A stretch of DNA of 64,000 nt from the IMG/VR virus record IMGVR_UViG_3300050026_000261, positions 4,703 through 68,702 of that record; one strand, written 5' to 3'. A program made the translations under genes and the position numbers. Below the pieces are notes generated by a model. That model was not told the DNA's origin. It saw nothing but the letters and a program-made list of their open reading frames with translations, and made no database searches. Source of the DNA: a virus. Shown here piece after piece: positions 37,302 to 46,424 of this stretch (position 1 is its first letter; each line of letters starts with the position of its first letter).

Positions 37302-37667
37302 ATGCAATTTAACAACCCTGTTTTTTGGCTAAGCGTCCTGGGCTATCTATACGGCATTGGAAAGCTGCTATACCCCGGGCTGGTCATTCCGAACTATGAC
37401 CTGAACGTGGTGGCAAACATCCTGGCCGGGGTCTTTGTTCTGGCTGGCTTGTGGACTGCGCACAAGCTGACCTGGGCGCAGGTCTGGGCATGGCTGGGTA
37501 TCACCACGACACAGCCCAGCGCACAACCTGTAGGTGTACAGTACGCAAAGTACGCTGAGCCGATAAAACAGTTCACCACTGGCAAGAATGTCCTACCGGC
37601 GGCGAAGAAAACCTGCGACGAGCCGATTGTAGAATTGAACGATGCTCCGGACAAACCGGCAAAGTAA
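37302..37667 (+). CDS. Putative holin
   Basis: FNNPVFWLSV N-terminus, two TM helices, last gene before a strong terminator. Confidence 0.6.
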   Translation: MQFNNPVFWLSVLGYLYGIGKLLYPGLVIPNYDLNVVANILAGVFVLAGLWTAHKLTWAQVWAWLGITTTQPSAQPVGVQYAKYAEPIKQFTTGKNVLPAAKKTCDEPIVELNDAPDKPAK

Positions 37668-37724
37668 ATAACTCCGTAAAACATAAGAGGTCCCGGCGTG
37701 AGTCTCCGGGATCATTCCTCCTGC

Positions 37725-37760
37725 GCCCCCTGTCCCTAATCGGGATGGGGGGCTTTTTTT
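37725..37760 (+). terminator. Late-operon terminator
   Basis: GCCCCCTGTCCC/GGGATGGGGGGC stem followed by T7. Confidence 0.85.
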
Positions 37761-37773
37761 ATTTTGTGGGCAA

Positions 37774-38321
37774 TTAATCATCGCTGCGATGGTATCGGCG
37801 CACCTGCGCCATAGCCGTCTTGCGGTTGCGGGAGAGATGAAAATCGCAGGTGCCGATCAACTGCTTACGGTTGGTTGGCTCTACCCAAAAGAGTCCCTCG
37901 AACTGCTTATTAGTGGCGTAGTAGGTGCCCTTGTCCTGCCCAACACACGTCCAGAACCATCCGCCTTCAGGGTAGGACTCAAAAGTCTCGAAGAATTTCG
38001 GTCGACCACCCAGCTTGCCGTTGCTGCGGCTGGCAGCAGCCTTCTTGGCGGTGCGGATGGAACCGAGGGCGGCGGCAGCGGTATGAATCTCCTCTTCGTG
38101 TGTTTTCACCTTGGCTGCACAAATGTCGATCAGCTGGTTCGCAGCCTCTGTCGGAGATACGTCGAGCTTGTATTCGTCGATGATTTCCTGGATGTGGTCA
38201 ATGTCCTCGACCGCCAAGCCATGGATGTCGGTCTGCTCGATACAGTCATAGGAGTCCCAAGATTGCATGATGGCATCAACCACCGCATCCAACTGCTGCT
38301 CATCGGTTGCACCGACATTAC
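37774..38321 (-). pseudogene. Phage gene 5'-truncated by the IS
   Basis: KAAASRSNGKLGGRP motif; the track's ATG (38355) lies inside the IS left end and has no SD. Confidence 0.55.
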
Positions 38322-38432
38322 AGCAACGTAGCTGAAAGCCCACCGCTTTAGCCATGGGATGAAAGCGGCTTTAGTCATTTTTATCTTTCGAACCCCATTG
38401 CAGTTAGAGTTAATAACTGATACTATATTCTT

Positions 38433-38831
38433 ATGGGACAAGAATATAGAAGAACGCAAACTACAGTATCATTAATCAAATATCATTTTGTTTTCTGCCC
38501 CCGATACAGGCGCAAAGCATTAGTGGGAGAGGCCGAGAAGCGATTTAGGGAAATCCTGAAAAATGTTTGCGAGGAGAATGCATTCATCATCGTAGCCCAA
38601 GAAGTAATGCCTGACCACGTCCACTTATTTCTCAATACCTTGCCGTCGATCAGCCCCTCGGACATTATGGCAAAAGTGAAGGGAGTGACATCAAGAGAGT
38701 TACGGCGGGAATTCAAGCACCTGCAGCACTTGCCAAGCCTATGGACACGTTCATTCTTCTGCTCTACGGCAGGAAACGTATCCAGCGAAACCGTAGCCCG
38801 GTACATTGCTGAACAAAAGAAAAGGGGGTGA
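38433..38831 (+). CDS. tnpA: Y1 HUH transposase
   Basis: YHFVFCPRYRR, MPDHVHLF, LWTRSFF, RYIAEQ. Confidence 0.95.
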   Translation: MGQEYRRTQTTVSLIKYHFVFCPRYRRKALVGEAEKRFREILKNVCEENAFIIVAQEVMPDHVHLFLNTLPSISPSDIMAKVKGVTSRELRREFKHLQHLPSLWTRSFFCSTAGNVSSETVARYIAEQKKRG

Positions 38832-38835
38832 TAAG

Positions 38836-39933
38836 GTGCAAATCACAGTACAAGCTAAAATCACTCCAAACCAAGAGCAGCGTTATTTGCTAGATTCAAC
38901 CATGAAAGAATACATCAGTCTCGTCAATCGGATCGTTTCAGAATACATAATCGCTGAAAAGGACATGAAGTATACAACAAGAGACCTGGTTGCCACACTA
39001 CCAAGCGCAGTCAAAAACCAGGCCATTCAGGACGCTAAAAGTGTTTTCAAGAAATACACCAAGAACCTCAAGGCAAATACCAAAAGGCCGCCCGACCAAC
39101 AGAAAAAGATTAAAATACCCATTCTCAAAAAGCCCGTTGCGATTTGGAACAACCAGAACTATAACGTCAAAGGTGATATAGTCTCATTCCCGGTTATCAT
39201 CGAAGAAAAGTCAAAGCGCATCGAACTCAAGGTGATCATGACCGAATATCAAAAACAGCTTTTAGGTAACAGATTGGGCAGCCTCAGAATCACCCAAAAG
39301 TCCGGCAAATACATGGCGCAAATCGCTGTACAGGCGAAAGAGATTCCGGCAGCAGCCGGGCAGCCAATGGGCGTGGACCTTGGACTCAAAATCCCGGCTG
39401 TAGCCGTTGTAGATGGTGGTAAAACCAGATTTTTCGGCAATGGCCGTCAAAACAAATTCGTTAAACGTAAACACCGGTCAGCTAGACGCAAGCTAGGCAA
39501 ACTCAAAAAATTAACGGCCATCCGAAGGCGTGACAACAAGGAACAGCGCTGGATGAAAGATACTGACCACAAAATCAGTCGCCAAATCATCAATTATGCC
39601 AAAGACAACCATGTGGCGACCATTCGCCTGGAAAAACTTTCTGGCATCCGCCAGACGGCAAGAAAAAGCCGTAAAAACGAAAAGAACCTGCATAGCTGGT
39701 CGTTCTATCGGTTGGCCCAGTACATCGAATACAAAGCAATTCTGGCAGGAATGAAGATAGAATATGTTGACCCGAAATATACCAGCCAGAAATGCCCTGT
39801 TTGCGGCGAACGGAATAAGGCCAACGATAGAATGTACAAATGTAGTTGCGGATTTAAAGGCCACCGGGATATTGTGGGAGCCTTGAATATCATATCTGCA
39901 ACTGTGATAGATGGTAACAGTCTATCAGCCTAG
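38836..39933 (+). CDS. tnpB: RNA-guided endonuclease TnpB
   Basis: RuvC D (GVDLG), E (RLEKL), D (RDIVGALNI); Zn finger CPVCG/CSCG; GTG with SD. Confidence 0.95.
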   Translation: MQITVQAKITPNQEQRYLLDSTMKEYISLVNRIVSEYIIAEKDMKYTTRDLVATLPSAVKNQAIQDAKSVFKKYTKNLKANTKRPPDQQKKIKIPILKKPVAIWNNQNYNVKGDIVSFPVIIEEKSKRIELKVIMTEYQKQLLGNRLGSLRITQKSGKYMAQIAVQAKEIPAAAGQPMGVDLGLKIPAVAVVDGGKTRFFGNGRQNKFVKRKHRSARRKLGKLKKLTAIRRRDNKEQRWMKDTDHKISRQIINYAKDNHVATIRLEKLSGIRQTARKSRKNEKNLHSWSFYRLAQYIEYKAILAGMKIEYVDPKYTSQKCPVCGERNKANDRMYKCSCGFKGHRDIVGALNIISATVIDGNSLSA

Positions 39934-40080
39934 AGTGCCAGAGGCACTGCTCTAGGACGGGCTGATGGCACAGCCCTTAACTTGGGGTCATACTCCGATA
40001 GTAGAAATGCGCTTCGGTTTAATCACCCAAGAATCCCATGGCTTTAGCCGTGTGGAGTGTCAATGCTTTGGTGAGACCTA
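39900..40080 (+). ncRNA. Predicted TnpB omega/reRNA scaffold plus flanking guide (boundaries approximate)
   Basis: Hairpins between the tnpB 3' end and the right end; established TnpB biology places the guide immediately 3' of TCAA. Confidence 0.6.
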
Positions 40081-40167
40081 TTTATTCAAGGACACAGGAC
40101 TTCGGACAGATCAAGCATCCAGCGTTTAAGCCAGGTTGCGGTGGCCGGAAGAGAGGAGCGATAGCAC

Positions 40168-40821
40168 GTGAATCAGATCCAACCGCTCGATGAACTCGGC
40201 GTGACAGAAAAGAGTGGTATCCCGGTTGTGAGCAGCCGGAGCGTGGCAGAAACATTTAATAAGCGACATGCCCACGTACTCAGAGCAATTGATAACTGCG
40301 AATGTAGCAATGAATTTAGAGAATCCAATTTTGGGGTTTCTTATTACCGAGAAGGCAAGGGCAAATATAAAGAATATCTGCTGACCAAAGATGGTTTTGC
40401 TTTTACCGTCATGGGTTTTACTGGCAAAAAGGCTGCTCGGTTCAAAGAAGACTACATCAACAGCTTTAACCAAATGGAAACCTTCATCAAAAACCTTTAC
40501 GAAGCTAAAGCAGATTTCCCCGAATTCACTCAGGCGATCATGATGACTCACGAAGAACCTAAGCATTACCACTTCTCAAACGAACTCGACATGATCAACA
40601 GAATCGTGCTAGGGATGTCAACAAAGCAGTTCAAAGAAGTCCACCAAATAGATAGCAAGGTTCATTCTATCCGCCCTTACCTGTCAGCGAAGCAAATTGA
40701 TGCAATAAGGGCGCTTCAGAGAACGGACATCGGGTTAATTATGGCCATCCCTGATTTTCAGGGGCGAAAGCATGCCCTGACAGATTATCACCGCCGCCGA
40801 TCAGCAATAGCCATCGCATGA
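40168..40821 (+). CDS. rha: Rha-family phage regulator
   Basis: VVSSRSVAETFNKRHAHVLRAI, YLLTKDGF..VMGFTGKKAARFKEDYINSFNQME. Confidence 0.9.
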   Translation: MNQIQPLDELGVTEKSGIPVVSSRSVAETFNKRHAHVLRAIDNCECSNEFRESNFGVSYYREGKGKYKEYLLTKDGFAFTVMGFTGKKAARFKEDYINSFNQMETFIKNLYEAKADFPEFTQAIMMTHEEPKHYHFSNELDMINRIVLGMSTKQFKEVHQIDSKVHSIRPYLSAKQIDAIRALQRTDIGLIMAIPDFQGRKHALTDYHRRRSAIAIA

Positions 40822-41047
40822 TGCTTGAGAAGCTGATCGTCTTCCTCTGCTGCATCTACGGTATGACCGAGTCTGTATACTGCAAAGTCTTCGAAAGGTA
40901 GGTGATTCGATGCTCCGTTGGCTCCTGTCCATATTTCATAAAGACTCCAAATTGTCAAAGACCGCACGTTTTATCCTGGCAAATAAAACGATCCGCTAAA
41001 TCTATCCCCTGCCGCCACAAATATAACAGAAAGGAGTTGCGCAAAAC

Positions 41048-41293
41048 ATGCAAAGAAAAGCGAGTTTTCCAATCAAGAACCTGCAACAGTTTATGCGGCT
41101 TGCCCGGTTGGCGGCAGGGTACAGCACACAGACAGCAGCAGCAATGCAGATTCCAGTTAGCGTGAGGGCGCTACAGTATTACGAATCAGGCCAAATTAGA
41201 CCAGGCGAGGGCATAGTTGAGGCAATGGCACGAGCTTATCGGGTGCCTGATCTCCTGGATTACTACTTCGAAGAAAGGGGGAGGGCGGCTTGA
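41048..41293 (+). CDS. XRE/Cro-like HTH regulator
   Basis: ARLAAGYSTQTAAA...VSVRALQYYESG...P. Confidence 0.75.
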   Translation: MQRKASFPIKNLQQFMRLARLAAGYSTQTAAAMQIPVSVRALQYYESGQIRPGEGIVEAMARAYRVPDLLDYYFEERGRAA

Positions 41294-41504
41294 GTTTGGT
41301 TGGCTACGTAGGCACGAATTATGGTTTTGGGCTGGCCTGCCGGGAGATCAGGAAGCAGAGGATGGCCGGGCAGCTAATGACGGTCAAAGAGATGCGGCGG
41401 ATATATCGCAAGGCAAAGATGATGGACATCCGGCATCAATACAATCCGCAGCCAGCGGCATAAAAATAGACGCCTTTGCTGAGGCGCCCAGGGGGTAAAC
41501 CACT

Positions 41505-41900
41505 ATGGCTAGTATGCTATCACAAAATGATACACAAGTCAATTCCATCCCCATCCAGGAGCACCACCTGCGCCTCGATACCATCGAGGCCGCGGCCAAA
41601 GCTTATTTCCGAGCACCAACACCGCAGATCAAACAGGAATTCCTTGATGTCATCGGCTTCGTGCTGCCGGAGGGCTATACAAAATACGCCACCATGACCG
41701 GGTTGATTGTTGAGCGATTTTGCACAGTTGTCACCATCAGGGTCGAAAAATCCAGCGAATCAGGGCTATGCCCATATTGTGGTAGCGACATCCTGAAAGC
41801 GCGGTTGTGCAACCAGATGAAGGGGCAGCGATGGGTTGAATCCGTGGTGTATTGCGAGTGTGGGAAGTTCAGCCGGATATTGGAGCGGAGGGCGATCTAA
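41505..41900 (+). CDS. Hypothetical protein with C-terminal Zn ribbon
   Basis: CPYCG...CECG. Confidence 0.55.
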   Translation: MASMLSQNDTQVNSIPIQEHHLRLDTIEAAAKAYFRAPTPQIKQEFLDVIGFVLPEGYTKYATMTGLIVERFCTVVTIRVEKSSESGLCPYCGSDILKARLCNQMKGQRWVESVVYCECGKFSRILERRAI

Positions 41901-42099
41901 TGTCGGCGCTGTGGGATTACGTTGACTACATGGGATCGATAGGGACCGCTTCGCCCCCCAAGCCGATCAAAGGCCTCTGCTCATCCTGTCCTAGCTGTAA
42001 TTACAAAGGGGAACCGTGTAATCACCCGGATTACGCAATATCAGCAGTGACGATTCAAATGAATGACAGGTGTTGGTTACGGAAAGGAGCGAAACCTAA

Positions 42100-42561
42100 T
42101 TGGCAAAATCTCAGCCCGTACCCGAATCCCTTTATCAATTGGCGACTAAATACAGAAATCTCAGGGATACCAAATCCCTATTCGAAACAAAACTCAAGCA
42201 ACTAAATCTGCAGCTTGAAATAGCAGAAATGGAACTGTCCGACATGATGATCTCCACGGAGATCGGCAAATTTACGCATACCAGCATGGAAGGCCCGGCA
42301 ACGATATACCTTTCTACCAAGCTACACGCCAGTTGCCTGGCGGCCAAACGGCACGATTTACGGCTCTACCTGATGAGCGAGGGGAAGATCGAACTACTGG
42401 TGGACACAGTGGACGACAAGGCGCTCACCAAGTACGTCAAAGAACTGTTGGATCAGGCCGATGAGTTGGATCCAGGTTTGAGTGAATGCATCACAGTGTT
42501 CGAGCGACCATCAGTGAATATCAGAAAACAAAATTCTAAGGAGGCAAAATCAGATGAATAA
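42100..42561 (+). CDS. Coiled-coil phage protein of the replication/recombination module
   Basis: SD AAGGAG then TTG; N-terminal coiled coil; C-terminal SVNIRK. Confidence 0.6.
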   Translation: MAKSQPVPESLYQLATKYRNLRDTKSLFETKLKQLNLQLEIAEMELSDMMISTEIGKFTHTSMEGPATIYLSTKLHASCLAAKRHDLRLYLMSEGKIELLVDTVDDKALTKYVKELLDQADELDPGLSECITVFERPSVNIRKQNSKEAKSDE

Positions 42562-43462
42562 GGCAGAACAGACGGCAGTGGCAAAGGTTGAGGAAGCCAA
42601 CACTCAGGTAGTAGTAGTGGAGAAGAAGATCGGCGGGTATCCGGTGGCAATATTCACTGTTCCGGAAGTCCCAGAACTGTCCGAGGAGCAGAAAGCCGAT
42701 ATGGTCGAGGATATGGACGGGCTGACCATTCAGTTTGACAGGGTGAAGATTCCTTCCGGGGGCGGTATTGCCTGGGAACTGCCTGCCGAAGAGGGCAAGG
42801 ATTCTGAGGTCTCCAAGGAGATCGTCGGCGTGATCGTCGACCACCACAAGTGCAACGCCTACTACGCCGGCACATATGGTGATGGCGGCACGAACAAACC
42901 GCCGGACTGCAGTTCGATGGACGCCGTTACCGGCTACGACCAGCACGGAGAGGCCCGCTCTTGCGCCACCTGCCCCTTCAACCAGTTCGGCAGCGATCCC
43001 CGTGGTGGCAACGGCAAGGCATGCAAGAACATGCACCGTGTCTACCTGCTCAAAGATGGCGACGATGCAGCATTTCCCTGGCTGATCACCATCCCGCCCA
43101 CTTCAGTCCGCAACTTCGCAAACTGGATGGGCAAGCGGGTTGTCTCCCATGCGCTACGCTCGTTCGACGTGATCACCAAATTGACCCTGAGCAAGGCGGA
43201 GAGCGTCGACAAGATCACCTATTCGCAGGTCAATTTCTCGGTAGCGGGGGCGCTGAATCCCTCTTTGCGGAATGGCATGCGGGCATACTCCCAGTCTATC
43301 AAGGGAATCACCCGGCAGTTGAGGCTCAGTACCGCCGACTACAACGCCACCGGGGAGTCGGATGACAACGTGAGCTACCCGGAGCCGGGCGCAGAGGATA
43401 AGCCCACGGTTGAGGTGTACAAGGGACCTGTTGCAAATCTGCCCGACGAACCCAATTTCTAG
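42554..43462 (+). CDS. Putative ssDNA-binding/recombination protein
   Basis: FDRVKIPSGGG, PPDCSS.D, CATCPFNQFGS, GKACKN, IPPTS; acidic C-terminal tail ending in F. Confidence 0.6.
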   Translation: MNKAEQTAVAKVEEANTQVVVVEKKIGGYPVAIFTVPEVPELSEEQKADMVEDMDGLTIQFDRVKIPSGGGIAWELPAEEGKDSEVSKEIVGVIVDHHKCNAYYAGTYGDGGTNKPPDCSSMDAVTGYDQHGEARSCATCPFNQFGSDPRGGNGKACKNMHRVYLLKDGDDAAFPWLITIPPTSVRNFANWMGKRVVSHALRSFDVITKLTLSKAESVDKITYSQVNFSVAGALNPSLRNGMRAYSQSIKGITRQLRLSTADYNATGESDDNVSYPEPGAEDKPTVEVYKGPVANLPDEPNF

Positions 43463-43473
43463 CAAAATCAAAA

Positions 43474-43796
43474 TTGCCAGGGGGCGCTCAGCGGGATGGT
43501 AGCGGGCACGAACCAGGCCTGCGAGGACAGGGTAGCGGGAACCCTGGGGCGCCCCTAGGCAAATATTTACTGATAAGAGGGGGTGATTGCTCTCACGAAG
43601 GCGCTAGATCCTCACCTTCTCAATTAGACAAACACCGAAAGGGGTGAGTACCATGCGGCGGATCGTCGGCTGGTACCCGGCTAAAACCGCCTGAGAGCAC
43701 AGTAACCCCTAATATGACAATGAAGTGTGTACATTGATTCACAAGTATGTCGCAGTGTCCATTGACCGGGGCCTTGTCAAGGGGGCGAGGCCCCAC
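43474..43796 (+). ncRNA. Candidate multi-hairpin structured RNA region
   Basis: Several GC-rich stems in a roughly 390-bp intergenic gap; see findings. Confidence 0.4.
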
Positions 43797-43850
43797 AAAT
43801 AAAAATTCCAGAGATTTTCTGATGAGATAGATGAAGGAGAGTGAAGCAAA

Positions 43851-44168
43851 ATGTTGACTCGCACCGGAATCAACGAACTGACAAGTGACCGCTCCTGGAT
43901 CGAGATATGGGGCGAAAATGATGGCGGAAAACAGCTTCTTGCTGATGTTTTTGTAGATAGCGAAGAATCCGTGAGACTGGCTGATCTGTTTGTGGCAGCA
44001 CCTAGTCTGCTGAGCGCCTGCAAATCTGCGTTGAACTATATCGTGTGTTGCGATGAGCCGCCATTAGAAGGAATGCTGCGGGCGGCTATCAACGTGGCCG
44101 AGGGCAGCGTTGAGAAAAGTGAAGATGGAGATTGCCAGGAGCAAGAAAGCGAGCAGGTGCAACTATGA
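43851..44168 (+). CDS. Hypothetical phage protein
   Basis: SD AAGGAG; A.L..AAP.LL.AC motif common in phage early proteins. Confidence 0.55.
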   Translation: MLTRTGINELTSDRSWIEIWGENDGGKQLLADVFVDSEESVRLADLFVAAPSLLSACKSALNYIVCCDEPPLEGMLRAAINVAEGSVEKSEDGDCQEQESEQVQL

Positions 44169-46165
44169 GCATCCCTGCCAGCAACCTGATCGACCTATCC
44201 GCAAAATTACAAGCCCGGGGGATTGAACTGGCTCCCCCGGTACAGTCCCCGACGCTCTCCCCGGTAGAAACAATATTACGGGAAACTTTACCCAAAAATA
44301 TCCAGGGCTACGAGGTCAGGGAACCGCAAATAAGCATGTCCACCATGATCGAATCAGCCCTTGCTAACAATGAGCATGTCCTCGCCGAGGCCGGCACTGG
44401 CACCGGCAAAAGTGTAGCTTATCTGCTCCCTCTACATCTACACCTCAAACAAAATGGGGGCCGCGCAGTCGTCTCCACCGGCACCATCGCCTTACAGGAG
44501 CAGTTAATCCAAAAGGATATTCCCCTATTAGAAGCAACCTTACATAAAAATTTCAGAGCACGATTAGCGAAAGGCAAAGCAAATTACCTCTGCAAACTGC
44601 GCCTAGCAACAGAATTAAACCAGTTGGCCGGGATGTTCCTCGACTCAGAGGCAAACCAGTTGCTCCAAATAGAGGAGTGGGCTGCTAATTCGCAGACTGG
44701 CGACAAAGCCGAACTCCTCACAGAGCAGAACGAAATATGGAGCAAAGTCTGCGCTGACGACAACTGCACCGGCAGACGATGCGTTTATTATGCTGAGTGC
44801 TTCGTAACCAGGGCCAAACAATTGCTGAGTGATGCGCAGATCATCATTACCAATCACAACTTGTTTTGCCTCGACCTTGCCGTGAAGGATAAATCGGACG
44901 GCAATGCCTACATCCTGCCGGACTATGAAATTGTGTGCGTTGATGAGGCCCACAAGATCGAGGAGATTGCCCGCGCCGCGCTCAGTAAACAATGCTCCAT
45001 TTTCAGGCTTCCACTGCTGCTCAAACAGGTCCAGAAGATCCCCGGGGCTGACTGGAACCTGATCGAAGGCGCCAAATTGCAGAATGACCATTTTTTCAAC
45101 ATGGCTGCCACCCTTGATAAATCCGATAAGTTCCGCTTCCGGCCAAATAATGCGCTGATCGAGCAGGGCAATAAACTGCTGCAAATAGTAGAAGGTATTG
45201 CCAAGACGGAATCAGATGGCATGTCTGACCATGATGCTTCTGTGTTAGGCAATGTAGGCAAGTTGTTCTGGGATCTGGTCTACATCCTATCTGCCGATCA
45301 GGGCAGAAACGTCTATTGGGTAGAAAAAACACGGAGTGCCAGAGGTGGCCAAAAAGTTACTTTAAACGGGACGCCCATTGATGTTGCACCACTTTTACGA
45401 GATATGCTGTTCGAGAACGACGAGATTAATTCGGTGATCATGACTTCGGCCACTCTTTCAACTGGCGGGAAGTTCGACTATCTCAAAAAGTCTGTTGGTT
45501 GCTCATTATCCAGGGAATTGATCGTGGAATCTCCCTTCGACTATTCGCAGCAGTGCTTATTATACCTGCCTTCAAATTTGCCTGAACCCAATTCCCCAAA
45601 CTTCCACCAAGGGATCACTACTATCATCCATGACATCCTGCAAGCCACCAACGGGCGCGCACTGGTGCTGTTCACATCCTATAAGGGGATGAACGAGGTC
45701 TACTCTTCGCTACAGGATAGGCTGCCCTGGCGCGTGCTGAAACAGGGCGATATGCCCAAAAGGGCGCTGCTGGATGCATTTAGGGATGATGTGCACTCCG
45801 TTTTGATGGCAACTGCAACGTTTTGGGAAGGCGTGGATATTATCGGTGAATCACTTTCCTGTGTGATCATCGACAGGCTCCCCTTCTCCGTGCCGGATGA
45901 CCCTATTAGTCAGGCCAAGGCAGATGCGCTCAAAAGGAATGGGGGCAACGTGTTCGCCCATTTGAATATGCCCGAGGCCATTTTGAAACTGAAGCAGGGG
46001 TTCGGGCGGCTGATCAGGACGGGGACGGATCGGGGAGTGGTGGCGATATTGGATTCACGTATTACGGGGAAGGGGTACGGCAAGGTATTCTTGCGGTCAC
46101 TGCCGGGGGCGAGGGTGGTACGAGAGTTAGCAGACGTGGAATGGTTTATGGGGGAGGTGGAATAG
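44165..46165 (+). CDS. dinG: DinG/YoaA-family Fe-S helicase
   Basis: EAGTGTGKS, KGKANYLC, C..RRC....CF, DEAH, TSATL, FWEGVD, QGFGRLIR. Confidence 0.92.
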   Translation: MSIPASNLIDLSAKLQARGIELAPPVQSPTLSPVETILRETLPKNIQGYEVREPQISMSTMIESALANNEHVLAEAGTGTGKSVAYLLPLHLHLKQNGGRAVVSTGTIALQEQLIQKDIPLLEATLHKNFRARLAKGKANYLCKLRLATELNQLAGMFLDSEANQLLQIEEWAANSQTGDKAELLTEQNEIWSKVCADDNCTGRRCVYYAECFVTRAKQLLSDAQIIITNHNLFCLDLAVKDKSDGNAYILPDYEIVCVDEAHKIEEIARAALSKQCSIFRLPLLLKQVQKIPGADWNLIEGAKLQNDHFFNMAATLDKSDKFRFRPNNALIEQGNKLLQIVEGIAKTESDGMSDHDASVLGNVGKLFWDLVYILSADQGRNVYWVEKTRSARGGQKVTLNGTPIDVAPLLRDMLFENDEINSVIMTSATLSTGGKFDYLKKSVGCSLSRELIVESPFDYSQQCLLYLPSNLPEPNSPNFHQGITTIIHDILQATNGRALVLFTSYKGMNEVYSSLQDRLPWRVLKQGDMPKRALLDAFRDDVHSVLMATATFWEGVDIIGESLSCVIIDRLPFSVPDDPISQAKADALKRNGGNVFAHLNMPEAILKLKQGFGRLIRTGTDRGVVAILDSRITGKGYGKVFLRSLPGARVVRELADVEWFMGEVE

Positions 46166-46166
46166 G

Positions 46167-46424
46167 GTGGCTGAGATACCGGATAGCGTCAAAATTATGG
46201 TTGCAGATTTACTGTTAGAGCGCAACGAAGCCAGAAAGCAAGTCAAGCAGATCCAGGATGCTAAAGGTGACCTCGAAAATGTGCAGTGTGATCTGCAAAA
46301 TGCGCTGAACGATATCAAAAAAATAGCACAGAGAAACAAGTTAGGCGTGGCCGGTCTTAGCAACATTGAAACCTTAGACAAAATCATTGATACCTGTGAA
46401 CGCCTTATCGGAGAGGGCTGGTAG
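46167..46424 (+). CDS. Small coiled-coil protein
   Basis: SD GGAGG; tightly packed between neighbours. Confidence 0.5.
   Translation: MAEIPDSVKIMVADLLLERNEARKQVKQIQDAKGDLENVQCDLQNALNDIKKIAQRNKLGVAGLSNIETLDKIIDTCERLIGEGW

Larger units (their letters stand above)
38322..40063 (+). mobile_element. IS200/IS605-family element (IS608-like ends), tnpA+tnpB
   Basis: TTAC immediately 5' of the left end, AAAG guide before hairpin CCCACCGCTTTAGCCATGGG; right end GAAT + CCCATGGCTTTAGCCGTGTGG...TCAA. Confidence 0.9.

Noticed and set aside
38322-38355. IS-supplied start codon rescuing the interrupted minus-strand gene
   Set aside because: The in-frame ATG lies in the IS hairpin with no SD upstream
40064-40083. 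TnpB guide self-targeting the phage
   Set aside because: Only short partial matches noticed (e.g. near 22215), and without the TTAC motif; the search was by eye only
43640-43712. TPP-riboswitch-like GGGG...CTGAGA...ACCCCT
   Set aside because: The downstream pyrophosphate-binding arm (ACCTGAT...GCG.AGGGA) is absent and no thiamine gene follows
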